From Macrostomum lignano (taxonomy: Eukaryota): 64,000 nt of DNA. Shown here one piece after another: positions 1 through 18,117 of the stretch. Under the pieces are notes generated by a model. The model made no database searches and was not told the DNA's origin. It saw only the letters and a program-made list of their open reading frames with translations. The DNA is taken from NCBI GenBank assembly GCA_002269645.1, contig NIVC01001897.1, positions 211,873-275,872 of the forward strand. Reading direction: 5' to 3'. The translations under genes and the position numbers were made by a program. How positions within the stretch are numbered: the first letter of the stretch is position 1; each line of letters begins with the position of its first letter.

Positions 1-285
1 AACCTGCAGTGTTTCTTTTAATGAATAAAAAAGTTAGCAGGAAAATAAGAGATTCGCAAAACTATTATTAATGGCAACTGCTATTTGCATGCTGGCAAAA
101 CAGACATGTCGTTCAGAAAAGATGCAAAGATAACTAGAGATCTGATGGCGATGATTAAAAACAGCTATAGCCTCCAAAGAGATTCACCTAACCTAGAGCG
201 AGTCTATACTGATCTTTGTTCTTAGAACTTAAAACAACTAGTTTTATTAAGCCACCAATCCCGTGAAGTCTGAACTCCTATTTAC

Positions 286-3195
286 TCAAAGTTGAGTAAG
301 TGTACAACCGTCAACGTTGATGACTTCAAATCGTTGGCCGCCATTGTCATTATCTTCGCTGCTGTCGTGAGCGCCCTCGTCGTCAGAACTGCTGTCGCTC
401 TCGCCACTTGCATCGCCGTCAGTGTTCATGTCTGCGCCGTCACCTCCGCTTTGCCGAGTGCTCCTTGGGCCTGCAGCCGAGTTCCGAAGTTCTCCAGTCG
501 GACGCTGTGCGGACTGCTGTGAGCACCTTTTTCGGCGGAACCGAGTGCCTGAGTGGCGCAGATGTTCGCCCACCGCGGATTCAATGGCCTCGCCTTTGGC
601 GTCTTTGTGAACACTCCACACGACGTCTAAAAGTAGGTAAATACTGCCCATTAGTTTTGCTTACCCAAAGTAGATTAGTATCTAGATATGGACGTACAGA
701 ATTGATATATATTTAACTAAGCAGCTTAAATACACATTTTATCATAGAAGAGACAAAATCCTAAGCACCATTATGTTGCTTACTTTTGATAAAAGGCAGC
801 AGGCCAGTTGACTCAAAGCAATACTTGGAAACGCCAGAACGCTTGGCACCACGGAGACTGAACTGATGAGCAAGCTTGTCATCCATGATGTGGTATAAGA
901 TATTAGCGACGGACTTCATTAGAGTTTTGCTGGTAAGCCGCTTGAAGAACAGAAACTGAAATGTGTGGAATGAATTCGAATGGTAGACTAGAAATTGAAT
1001 TAATAAACTACAAGACATTACACATTAATAGTCATGTCTTGTAATGTGTTATATTCTCTCATAAAATACATGCGGCAGTTAAGCGGCATCCAGTCGCTTT
1101 TGTAAATCGTGCAATGATAAAAATCATACAAAATACTAGCACTCACTGCATCATTTAAGCAGCCTCGATCACTTGTTAGTCGTGTGGCCCACTCAGTCAG
1201 TTTATCGACTTCGGTAAATGGCAGATCTTGAAGTATAGGCCTGTCGGTTGGCTGTTGGCCGTGCTGGGCATTGCTGGAGTTTGCACCTGTACTACGAGAC
1301 GAAGAGTTCTGCAGAGCAAGAAACTGCAGGTGAAAGTCTTTCACCTCTGTAGCCAGGCCACAAATCGCACCATGCATCGCGCGCTGGGTTGCTAAAATGA
1401 AGAAAATTATCGAGAAGATGTATCAGCCAGTCAGGGATAATAGTCAGTTAGTGACTCAAATAGATTATTCTCTATACAAACCAGATGAACCTCCGAAACG
1501 TTAAGTACAAATTAAAAAGTGTAAATCGCAGCAAAACTCAGAATCATGCGGAGCTGAATGTTTAATAGTGCATTACGCCATTTTAATTTAAATCGTAACT
1601 TTACTTAATTCTGGAAATGAAGAGCTCGGATTAGAACTTCTAAATTTTCTTATATCAGCGCCTCAGTAGCGAAAGAAATTTTTTTAGCTGGCTTACTTTC
1701 AATCCGCCGCACGGCTGTCACTAGAAAGTCCAATATGTCTGCACGGCTCGCGTCGTAAACGCCAATCGCAGAGGCCGCGGCAGCTGCAGCAGAAGCAGGA
1801 TGGTGCTGGATTCCATGCCCCATCGGAGAGGCCGCGGCAGATGCAGCAGAAGCAGGATGGTGCTGGATTCCATGCCCCATCGGAGAGGCCGCGGCAGATG
1901 CAGCAGAAGCAGGATGGTGCTGGATTCCATGCCCCATCGGAGAGGCCGCGGCAGATGCAGCAGAAGCAGGATGGTGCTGGATTCCATGCCCCATCGGAGA
2001 GGCCGCGGCAGATGCAGCAGAAGCAGGATGGTGCTGGATTCCATGCCCCATCGGAGAGGCCGCGGCAGATGCAGCAGAAGCAGGATGGTGCTGGATTCCA
2101 TGCCCCATCGGAGAGGCCGCGGCAGATGCAGCAGAAGCAGGATGGTGCTGGATTCCATGCCCCATCGGAGAGGCCGCGGCAGATGCAGCAGAAGCAGGAT
2201 GGTGCTGGATTCCATGCCCCATCGGAGAGGCCGCGGCAGCTGCAGCAGAAGCAGGATGGTGCTGGATTCCATGCCCCATCGGAGAGGCCGCGGCAGCTGC
2301 AGCTAAATTGGTGCTGGTGCTGAAGCTGCCACAAGAAGACTGTGAAAACGGGCTCAGACTCGATGTAGTAGCATGAACTGCGCTTGCCAAGATGGCTTCA
2401 TGTTGGATGGAAGCCAAATTCGAACTGCTGCTTATTGTCAAAGGTGGCCTCGTGCCATCAGGTTGAAACTTTGGTGGCGCTGACGACTGTCCAGCACTCC
2501 GGCTGTTACCCAGTGTAGAGGATTTGCTCTTTGTCGTTCTCTTTCGGCCGGTTTTTCGAGTCTCAATGTCGAAATTCTCATTGTAATAGTGGTCGACAAC
2601 TTGAATTCTTCGTGGAGCATCTATATCAGTAGAATCAACTTCTCCCCGACTCTCGTACCGCTTCCGCAGGTTGACAGCAGCGGGAAATTGATCTGCATGA
2701 AGGGGAATAGACACATGTACATGTACACTATATAAAATTACATCCTTTATTATTAGCTATGAAAATTCGCTTTCACGTGGGACTTAGTCATCCCACATCT
2801 AATTAAACAAGAAAAAATATCAACCCCCCGATGTAGATAATAGGAGCCACATTGAAGTACTTTTTTCTAATGTATACAAGAAAATAGTACAATAATTGCA
2901 CTTAAGACTGGCTTCATATGTAATCATAGGCATATCATATATAATCTACCTATTTGAAAATAATTCTGCATTAGCACATAAACTCACCTCTCGATCCAAT
3001 GATGTCGACTTTGTAAGGCAACCAACTATCGTCTGGGACTGACTTCGACTGGTTTGTCAAGCAAGCCTTGAACTTTTTCAGGGGAGGGCACAAGACGCTG
3101 TCGCTGCCCTGAAGCCAGGAACGACGAACGATTTCAATTTCTTCAGTTTCATTGAAGCGAACAACAACAAATGCATTCAGGTCGTTTAGACTCAT
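286..3195 (-). CDS. Transposon accessory protein, DUF4806-like, 5 exons (3195-2988, 2692-1697, 1391-1147, 955-784, 626-286), 653 aa
   Basis: All four introns are GT-AG and the phases (1,1,0,1) join into one open frame of 1962 nt. The N-terminal FVVVRFNETEEIEIVRRSW motif and the C-terminal VANILYHIMDDKLAHQFSLRG...K..F motif match my recollection of EnSpm-associated DUF4806 proteins. Confidence 0.8.
1771..2303 (-). repeat. 57-bp coding minisatellite, 9 copies, encoding ASPMGHGIQHHPASAASAA
   Basis: The tggtgctggattccatgccc core recurs every 57 bp and lies inside exon 2 of the accessory gene. Confidence 0.95.
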
Positions 3196-3694
3196 TCATA
3201 GACTTGGCCCGAATATGCTGAAATAAAAGTTGGAGGGAAACAAAGCAAAGTTAGAAAAGCTATCGGATCGGAACACATTTTCCTTTATTATTTTATAGTA
3301 CTATGGGTGAAAACGCAACGCATATATTTCAGAAGCCTACCTTCACTAAAAATCTGTTAACAAACAGCAAAACCATTTTGCGAAGCAAAGAAAACCATCT
3401 AAAAAGGGACTGTCATATATTTCGCATGTCTATGCCTAATCATGTCTAGGTCTATATGCGATTGTTGGAAAGAATTTAATATGAAAGCATGAAATTAGTG
3501 ACAGCGTGAAATGATAGTATGTTCTTCCCACAAACATTTATATTTTCTAATATTACCTGCTTACTCAGTGGGAGTGGCTAAAAATGAAACCAACATTTGC
3601 TGAATGAGAAAGCAGCTAGCTAGAAGAAGTCAGACAGAGAGTTCATTCAGTTGCTTCCAAACATTTGCAGAGAAATGCTTGATGTGCGTAGAAG

Positions 3695-6031
3695 CTACGC
3701 ACAGTCGACCAATGTATGTAAAATAGGGAGAATGCAGGAACGATTTTTGAGACTTACAAGCATCGCTTTACCATAGAAATCAGTCCATCGTACAGTTACG
3801 AGTGAGTTGCTTAAAGTATTGACAACGGAAATGTGCAGAGACATTGAGTCGAAAGTTTCGTCGTAGAGGGCGGTTTGCTGAATAAATTTCTTGCCAACGA
3901 AAATACAACCGACATCAGTAGAAATTATATGAGTGACTACAACTGCAAATCCATCTCGAGTTAAAATATAGCAGTCTGGATTAGCAACAGATATATACGT
4001 TCCACGCAATACAAGACTAACTTTACGGTAAATACCAAATGTCTGAACTCCTTGCAATGAGAAGTCTACATTCGAAGATGCAATTGGACCGGAATATTCA
4101 AAAGGCGACTGAATAGAACACATGTGCTTAGGAAAAAAACCGAGAGTCACATCTCTCTCCAGAATTCGCTTCACAGTCTGCTCGAGAGCAAAACGTGGAC
4201 TGCGAACAAACTGGGTAATAAAGCGGATAAAATTTTCGCCCCAAAAGCAACTAAAACTATCCAACGGACCACGTCGACGAACTTCTGAAGGAATATGAAT
4301 TATTGAATGCACAGTGTACACGATAAACTCGTCACCCCAAATAATTGCACATTCATTAACAATGTGCTTTGCCAAATCTTCGGCATAAGAGCAGTACGTT
4401 TGACAAACCAAAGGATGCGACAATAGGAAAACAAACGAATGCAGAGAAAGAAATAATTGATACACAGATTCAGGGACGTTTCCAGCTAAAACAATTGGCG
4501 CCAAGTACAAAATAAACAATCTAAACTCAGTTGCCTTCCAAAGACCCACGCACTCAATCGACCGTGGCTTTCGTGCAAAATCATGCGGAATGCAAGACGA
4601 AATAGAACACAGATCAGCACTTATCTGACGAATATTAGGTCCAGATGCTCGATGGGGCAAGCGTCCCTTACCGAGGAATTTTAAACATTTAGGAACAATA
4701 CCCTCGTATATTAAGTGCATTGGATCCAGAGGAAAATCATGAACCATGTCGATGGGCAAACTTAAAAAAGGGCTTGGTAGAAGAACATGATTTGGGTATA
4801 CATCACCTCTGAAGCCAAAGTCAGTTCGTAGTGCAGCACTTAGGTCAGAAAATGTCACTCTTCCATTACAAAAGTCCCCTTCAACAGTGCACTTGTCGCA
4901 ACCAAAGTATCCCCAACATGCTTTTGTTCCTTTTACAAAGCTGCGTGCTGGTGAATCGCAGGTAATCATTGAAAGTTTAAAAGGTAATATGAGATCTGAC
5001 TCTGAAGTGACAGTAGAGACAAATCCATCAGCCATCAAATCACGCAATTCAGTAATACAGTCGGCAAGAAAGTCCGAAGCAGAGAGGGGTTTGCCAGTTC
5101 CATAGTAAAGCCCGATTATAAAAACAGAATGAGACAAATTCGAAACTCTACCCAACACAGGCCACAATGTATAGGTAGTGCTATTGTGCACTTTTGCACC
5201 ATCAACAAAAAGGTGGAGGTTCAAGGAATCCAGACGAGAGCGTGATCCAATATTGCTCAGGAGAAAGTCAAGACCAGCTTTAACGCCAAAATGATAATAT
5301 CGCCCTGGGTTGACATAGCGAAAAGTAAGCTCCCTTGGTGTAGTCATTAGTCCACGATAGTCAGCAGCTAGACCAGGAAACTCGTCTTGTAGATTCTGAA
5401 GCAAGTAGTTCACGCACGGCACTTCTGGGCCTGTTGCTTTAACCCAGTCTCGAAGCATGGCCTCGAGTCTCGCACATTGGTTGTCATCAGAATGAAGGGC
5501 TGATTCAATCGTTGAAGAAGTCAGGTTTCCTAAATGTAAGAAATAAATAGCTAGAGTATTATCAAAAACTATTAAAAAGATTATGCACATACTTGTTGAT
5601 AAAATCACATTTTTACTCTAAATTTTTGTTTAACTTTCAAAGTTACAGAAAAAATTTAAGTTAATTTATTTGTAAAGCAGAAATGAATAATGGATGGTGT
5701 AAGGTTCATATTCAGTTTAGAGGATCAAGCACACTAAGATGTCAATAAAAAGTGTTGAAAGCAATTAGGGGTTATTATAAAAAATAGATACATTCAATCT
5801 TACCAACATCATCACTAGTCATCTCCTGGTATTCAAGTTCCATTTGAGACTCTTCTGTGGGCTCAGGAGCAGCATGAATTCCAAGCTCTGCCATAGGCTC
5901 AGTTGGCTGTTGACTTGGATCTTCAGTGTGACATGGGCAATGCAGCATAACTGCAGCTTCCTCGTAGCTTCTCTTAATATGTCGTTGGACTGTTCGCTTA
6001 CTGGCTCCATGAACAGATGTTGAGGAAAAAC
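3695..6031 (-). CDS. EnSpm/CMC-type DDE transposase; exons 6031-5804 and 5529-3695; 5' end unresolved
   Basis: Motifs LFVDG, CDSPARSFVKG, GYFGCDKC, LDPMHL, WKATEFRLFILY and HIPSEV..RGPLDSFSCF..EN. The upstream exon (SKRTVQRHIKR) splices in phase 1 (GTT G|gtaag ... tag|GA AAC), giving DDVG-NLTS. Confidence 0.9.
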
Positions 6032-7557
6032 CTAGACAAATTATAGAGAAATGGATGAAATGAAAGCCTCATAATTACGCCAGCATAATGAAGCCTTCTA
6101 TGCCTTCAATACCTTGAGCAAGACCTAGCAAGAAACTGTCAGAGTATCAAGATCATACCCTTGATAATGAGTACTCAACATAAGTATATGCTTATTGCAA
6201 CATATATATAATATAAATTATAGCAAAAAATATGTTTATATTACAAATCTAATATACAATCCACAAATTTCCTAAAACTTGCATCTTGTGCTTTAAAGAA
6301 AATAATAATTGTTTAACAACATTGCAAGCTTTATTTTCTCCAAACAGAAGCATTATAGATAAAAAAATTTACTCAAAGTTTTGCCAAAAGCAAAAATAAA
6401 TCAAGTTGACAATTATCATTATGAACAAATCCCAAATACACCAAATTCATCATTTAGCATAGCAAACATTTTTATAGGCAAGGTTTGATTTAGGGTCTAA
6501 TATAGTAGAACTAAAACTAATAAATATAATAAATAATAAAACTAATATAGGGTCTTTAGGAGCATATATAAAAATTAACAAATTAGGTTGAATACAAATA
6601 GCCAGCATTATATACTTTTAAGCTTGATACTCAAGTCTCTTGAATTTTGACTAGCACTTCATATCCAACAAATAACTTTTCAATAAATTTTGTTTTATTT
6701 AAATTAATTTAGCTATCATTAGCTAGTTATTAAATATAACATTTCTTATGAAACAATCTTATACCATAGTCCAGAAGAAGGCATCTTGTACCCCAGAAAT
6801 TTCTAGGGTACACTCAAGAAATTTAGCATACATTGGCATACACAAAAAGTGATTTTCTAAGGCTTTTGGCATATATGTTTAATATTTTTGTGACACACAA
6901 AGAATGAAAAGTTATGTTATTAATAATTGTTACAATAGTTGTCCATGCATACATTACTATAAAATTTGATATAAAATTAATGCAAAACTGAATTCTGTTT
7001 TTTATAAGTTAAAAGTCATGATTTTTAACAAAAATGCACAAAGTTTACTTTTGTTTTTTTAATATATATAACATTATATAAATATAACTATAACTGTTAT
7101 TTTTAGTTTTTAGCTCATCTCATTTAAATTAAATATCTAAATCACCCATCATGTTCCATCACTTATTCCTAGCAATTTAGATGTTTTGTGTAAAGTATTA
7201 TAAATGGTATATATTGGCATTAAAAGAATGTTGACAGTTTTTTTGTGGGGCACATATAGTGTTCTGAACTATAGATCTTATACAAAAAATCTATGATTTG
7301 CAACACTTTTTATTTATAGTTGAAATTTGCTCTTTAATCATTTCTAAGTCTATTTTACATCCAAAATGCAAAAAAACTTATTGATATTTGCAATCTACAC
7401 TTTAATCTTTATTTTGGCAGTCTTAGTCTTACTTCTTATAATAAAGGAATGTTTAGACAAACATTTTATGATATAGAGCAATAGGCCTAATATAGATATA
7501 TAAATAGACTATACCAAATGGTATATAATTGAGGCAAACTTGAACTAAAAATAGTTA

Positions 7558-7558
<1 letters not shown>

Positions 7559-7588
<30 letters not shown>
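7559..7588. repeat. (TA)n microsatellite
   Basis: Direct reading. Confidence 0.9.
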
Positions 7589-7590
<2 letters not shown>

Positions 7591-9551
7591 CATATTTATA
7601 CCAACAACATGAGTTTGTATTATATTTATATTATAGGGCCTAGCAACATATTATACTAACTAACCTTAAGTATTAGGCCTATACTAACAAATGTTTGGCC
7701 TAAATAAGGCTAAGCATAACATAATCAAAATACTTTATATATTAGATAAGCATAAAAAATATATATTAGAAACAGAGTTTCATTGCATTATTATTTACCT
7801 ACAACAACTGTGTCTTCACTTAGAGTAGGTGCAGAAGCAGATGGCCCAGACAAAAATACAATATTAGATGCTAGACCACTAAGGGCCTGGTCCTGATTAT
7901 TTGCAACTTCAGGTTCAACTTGATCTTTGTCTATCTCTTGGGTAGTTTTGCAAGTTACAATCAAGTAAACAAAAAAAGCTATGGTTGTAATCCCAGGAGC
8001 AAACAAAAAAACTGGCATTCCCAACTTAATATAGTAGCCAGGCTAAGGCCTAGGCAATAATATTTTTATGTTCTTTAAGTTTAAATTCAAGGGCTAGTGT
8101 AGTAGGAAGAGCTTTGCAACAACAGATTTTTATCTAATTAATTTTAGTTACGTTTTTGTATTCTAGGCCTTCGACTTATGCCAACTTTAAAGCTAAGCAA
8201 ACATGCAATAAACCAAATAAAAAGCTAAACAAAAAGTCAAATAGAAAGTTAGGTAAACAGTAGGCCTAAATAGCAACGATTTTTTTTGCAGCTAGAAATC
8301 CGTGTCGATGTGCCTGACGGTAGAAATTAAATCAAGTTGGTTAGTAAAAACTGTAGCAGCTACATTTAACAAATCTTTACGTATACATTAAAGAAACAGA
8401 TTCTTCTGAATTAGAATTACATAAATGAATAACTCCGTACAATTTTAATTTAAGGAGCTCCCGAATCTAAACGAGTTGCAATAATTCAATTGCCAGAAAT
8501 TCACACATTTGAAATCTTTTTCTATATCAATGTTCCTGCAACAATTCAGCAACATTTTTATGTCAACGTTGATGCCAAGCGCGCGCTGTCAACAACGTCA
8601 ATGTTGCAGCAACTAAAGATGGCACTAGGGGTATGGATGGATGAGCTTTGAAAATAATTTTTCGTTATTAATTAATCGAACAGCAGGCGTAACCTGAGAA
8701 TAACACTGTAAAGCACTGAATTTAAAGCAGTTTTTTGTGACCCCATAGCAATCTTCCTACTCAGACAAAAATATTATCGAAAATCATTCGTTATGGATCA
8801 GGAACTTCCTAAATTTTTTTGTGAAGCATTTTATGACATATTTACTTTTAAACTTATTTACATTGATTTAATTTATTTTTCAGTTTTTCAGCATGTGATA
8901 ATTGAAAAATAAAACAATTTAACAAAGCTGTAAGCTCAGTCAAAGGTTTATAGCCAGAAAAAGGAATTTCTATCCTATATGAACTAAAATGTATTTAACA
9001 AAGTCACAATTGACCATATATTCATATAGCTAAATAATATTTTATGCAATTTTTTAGCTTTCAACACTGGTTATAGCTGTTTGTCTCATTGGATCCAAAT
9101 AAATCATTTTTTAAAACTTAATTAACTTAATTGTGCAATACAAATTGATTGCATTAATATAGTTTATTAATTTGCTTTCTGTATGTACATTTTGGATCTA
9201 CTTAATAGAAACTATACTAATATCCATATGTCTAGCCTCTTATATTTTGTTTCACTTGAACTGCAGTTATAACTAGATGTTTCAGGGGATAATAAATTAC
9301 TCAATAGTTTTTTAGAATAAAAAATCAAATAATTAGAAGGCAGATTTACAGTATCTGTCTATTATATTTTGTATATTAAAATATATATAGACACTGGTGT
9401 AAATTCTGTTATTTCATTAGCCAAAAATCATGAGCAAAAGAATAGTTTCCAATCCATTTGTTGATTTGTATAAATTTTGTAAAATTTCTTTGTTTGACAT
9501 TACAGCAACTGTAAGTTTGAGTCGCTCAACAAGAAAATCACCTTAGCAACC

Positions 9552-16062
<6,511 letters not shown>

Positions 16063-16689
16063 TTTCCGCATGCGCCTTTTGCAGAAGGAGAAAACTGTGT
16101 TGGCGCCTAGACAGTTACAAATGTAGCCAAGGTTGCTGCAAAAATGTATTATCAAGATAGGAAGTTTCCCTGTTTCTAAACGAGAAACATCGTACATCCT
16201 GCCCATGCCATCACATGCATCACACACTCATGCACAAGCTCACTTTCCGTGGAAACTTCCTGTCTCCCTGATTACACCTCCATCGAAATTTTTGTTATTA
16301 TTTCAAATTTAAAACTTTGTGATCTTTTCAGCTTCTATGATATGAAAGTATTTTAGGATTGCTGCTTATGCCAGTTTACTCATGTTAGACACTGTAGCTC
16401 TATTTTACCGTCCTCTTCTCATGAGCTAGTTCTCAGATATATTATCCTGCGAAACATTACTCACTGACTTAGTATTTTGTTAATAACAAATCTAAACAAA
16501 GAGCATCTTTGTCAGGTCAATTGACACGAAGATTTAAATTTCTTTTAAAACGCTTATTTTAATCCGTCTCTCTTATGCGCGGGTCGAAAAAAATTTTTAC
16601 CCAAGGGCCAGGGCCAGAAAAAGACGGGAGCTGAGAAGAGATATAGACCTTGCTCGGTCGGGATTGCTATTGCAAAGTTTCAAAGGACC

Positions 16690-16748
16690 CCGAGGGCCGG
16701 ATAGAGAGGCTTCGCGAGCCGCATGTGACCGGAGTTTGCCGACCCCTG
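16690..16748. mobile_element. hAT-type transposon terminal remnant
   Basis: gggccggata...gccgcatgtgacc...agtttgccgacccctg resembles the common hAT/Charlie terminus (CAGGGGTCGGCAAACT on the minus strand). No partner end was found. Confidence 0.5.
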
Positions 16749-17019
16749 CTCGGCTTCCGTTATGAAGCAGATCTTAGTGAAAATTTGTAGCTAAAAAGTG
16801 CATAAGAAACTGGTTTAGTAATCAAAGAAACTCATTCAAAAGTGCGCCTTCCTGGGTCAGCAAATTCAAATCTGTAGCTTATAACAAACAGTACATGACG
16901 TTCTAAGAAAAAACCGCAAAAATTTCAGCGGAATCGTCACGTAGATTTAACGCTCAACCGTTGAGCTGGTGACTCCACAGTCGATGACCATTTAGAATGC
17001 AGCGCCATGGCTCTTCTGG

Positions 17020-17810
17020 TCAGGTGTGCCAGTTCCTTAACGAAATTAACAACCTACCAGGACAGCGTCTGGCAAAGTGGTGAAGATTGAGTCCGCAGTT
17101 GATGAGGCGTAGCAGCTTCCTGAGCCGTGTCTGTTCATCGTGTTTTCTCCGAATTCTAAACTAGATTATCTTCTGGCCTGTTCCAGCGACGGCTTAGTGA
17201 AGCTAAAAGTACAAGGCAATTTAGACTTTTCCAAATCCATCTCGGGAATCAGTTGTGACAGCAAACGCCAGGCTCTGTACATTTTGAGCTTCCAGTCGCT
17301 CACGGTGACAGATCTTGGCGGCATTGTGACGCGGGAGATCAAATCCTGCAGTCTCGGACCGTCTGTGGACTACTGCGGAATGACTTGCGGCTCAGGAAAA
17401 ATAATTATACTGAGCAAGTCTCACAGAGATCAAAAGCTGCTTGGCATCTGTTTGTGCTTCTAGTAGAATCCCCTGACCCTGGCACTTATCTGAAGTACAT
17501 GTCGGTAATTGGCAATGCGGTGCTGATCACTTACTGGCCATCCAGCAAGCTCTACAAAGTGTGCATCGCCAGTGGTCAGCTGATCTCGACCCACCCGACC
17601 CAGAGAAGTCGGCTTGACAAGCTTCAAGAGCCTGCAGGAGTGGCGGCTCATCGCTCATGTCTGCTGTTCGTCAGCGAGAGCTCAAGGCATGTGGTTCGTG
17701 TGATGCGAAGTGACGGCACTGTGCTGCAGACTGTCGGAGTCGAGGGTGAGGCTGGCTCAGCAGAAAACAAGCTGAACAATCCGCGAGGCTTAGCCTCTTT
17801 CTGTCAGCAT
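17020..17810 (+). pseudogene. Degenerate NHL-repeat paralog of the 18118-19623 gene
   Basis: QVCQFLNEINNLPG aligns with LCTFVRKIDNLEG, and LTVTDLGGIVTREI with ISVTDLSGCVVRVI; the VRV..SDG..LQT..EGE motif is shared. There is an in-frame TAG at 17110-17112 and a frameshift around 17410-17460. Confidence 0.75.
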
Positions 17811-18117
17811 CTTTCGATTGACCACTGGGTCAGCTTGCAAAGTCATGTAGAAACTCTCGCTCTGGATCCAACACATTGCTTCATTGATATTATCCTATTT
17901 TAATGTTTTGGCTGGATAAATGCATTATTCTAATAAGCCACTTGCATTTTGCATTGCATCTTAGATAAAAAGTGCTTCTGTACTCTATAAATGTTTATGT
18001 TCTTGTTTTTATCGTCTACAACTTGGTCTTTTCCCTATAGCTGTATATTATTGAGCTTTTAGTGAGCCCATTGATCAATCACGGCATCTTTCTCATCTTT
18101 TCAAGCCTCTGCCAGTC

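Larger units (their letters stand above)
1..8630 (-). mobile_element. CMC/EnSpm (CACTA-like) autonomous DNA transposon with two genes; left end lies outside the window
   Basis: Transposase with EnSpm-type motifs followed on the same strand by an accessory gene with DUF4806-like motifs. The candidate terminus reads CCCTAGTGCC on the minus strand from 8630 and is preceded by subterminal CAACATT/AATGTTGC-type motifs (about 8470-8615). The boundary is tentative because the partner TIR is not visible. Confidence 0.7.
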
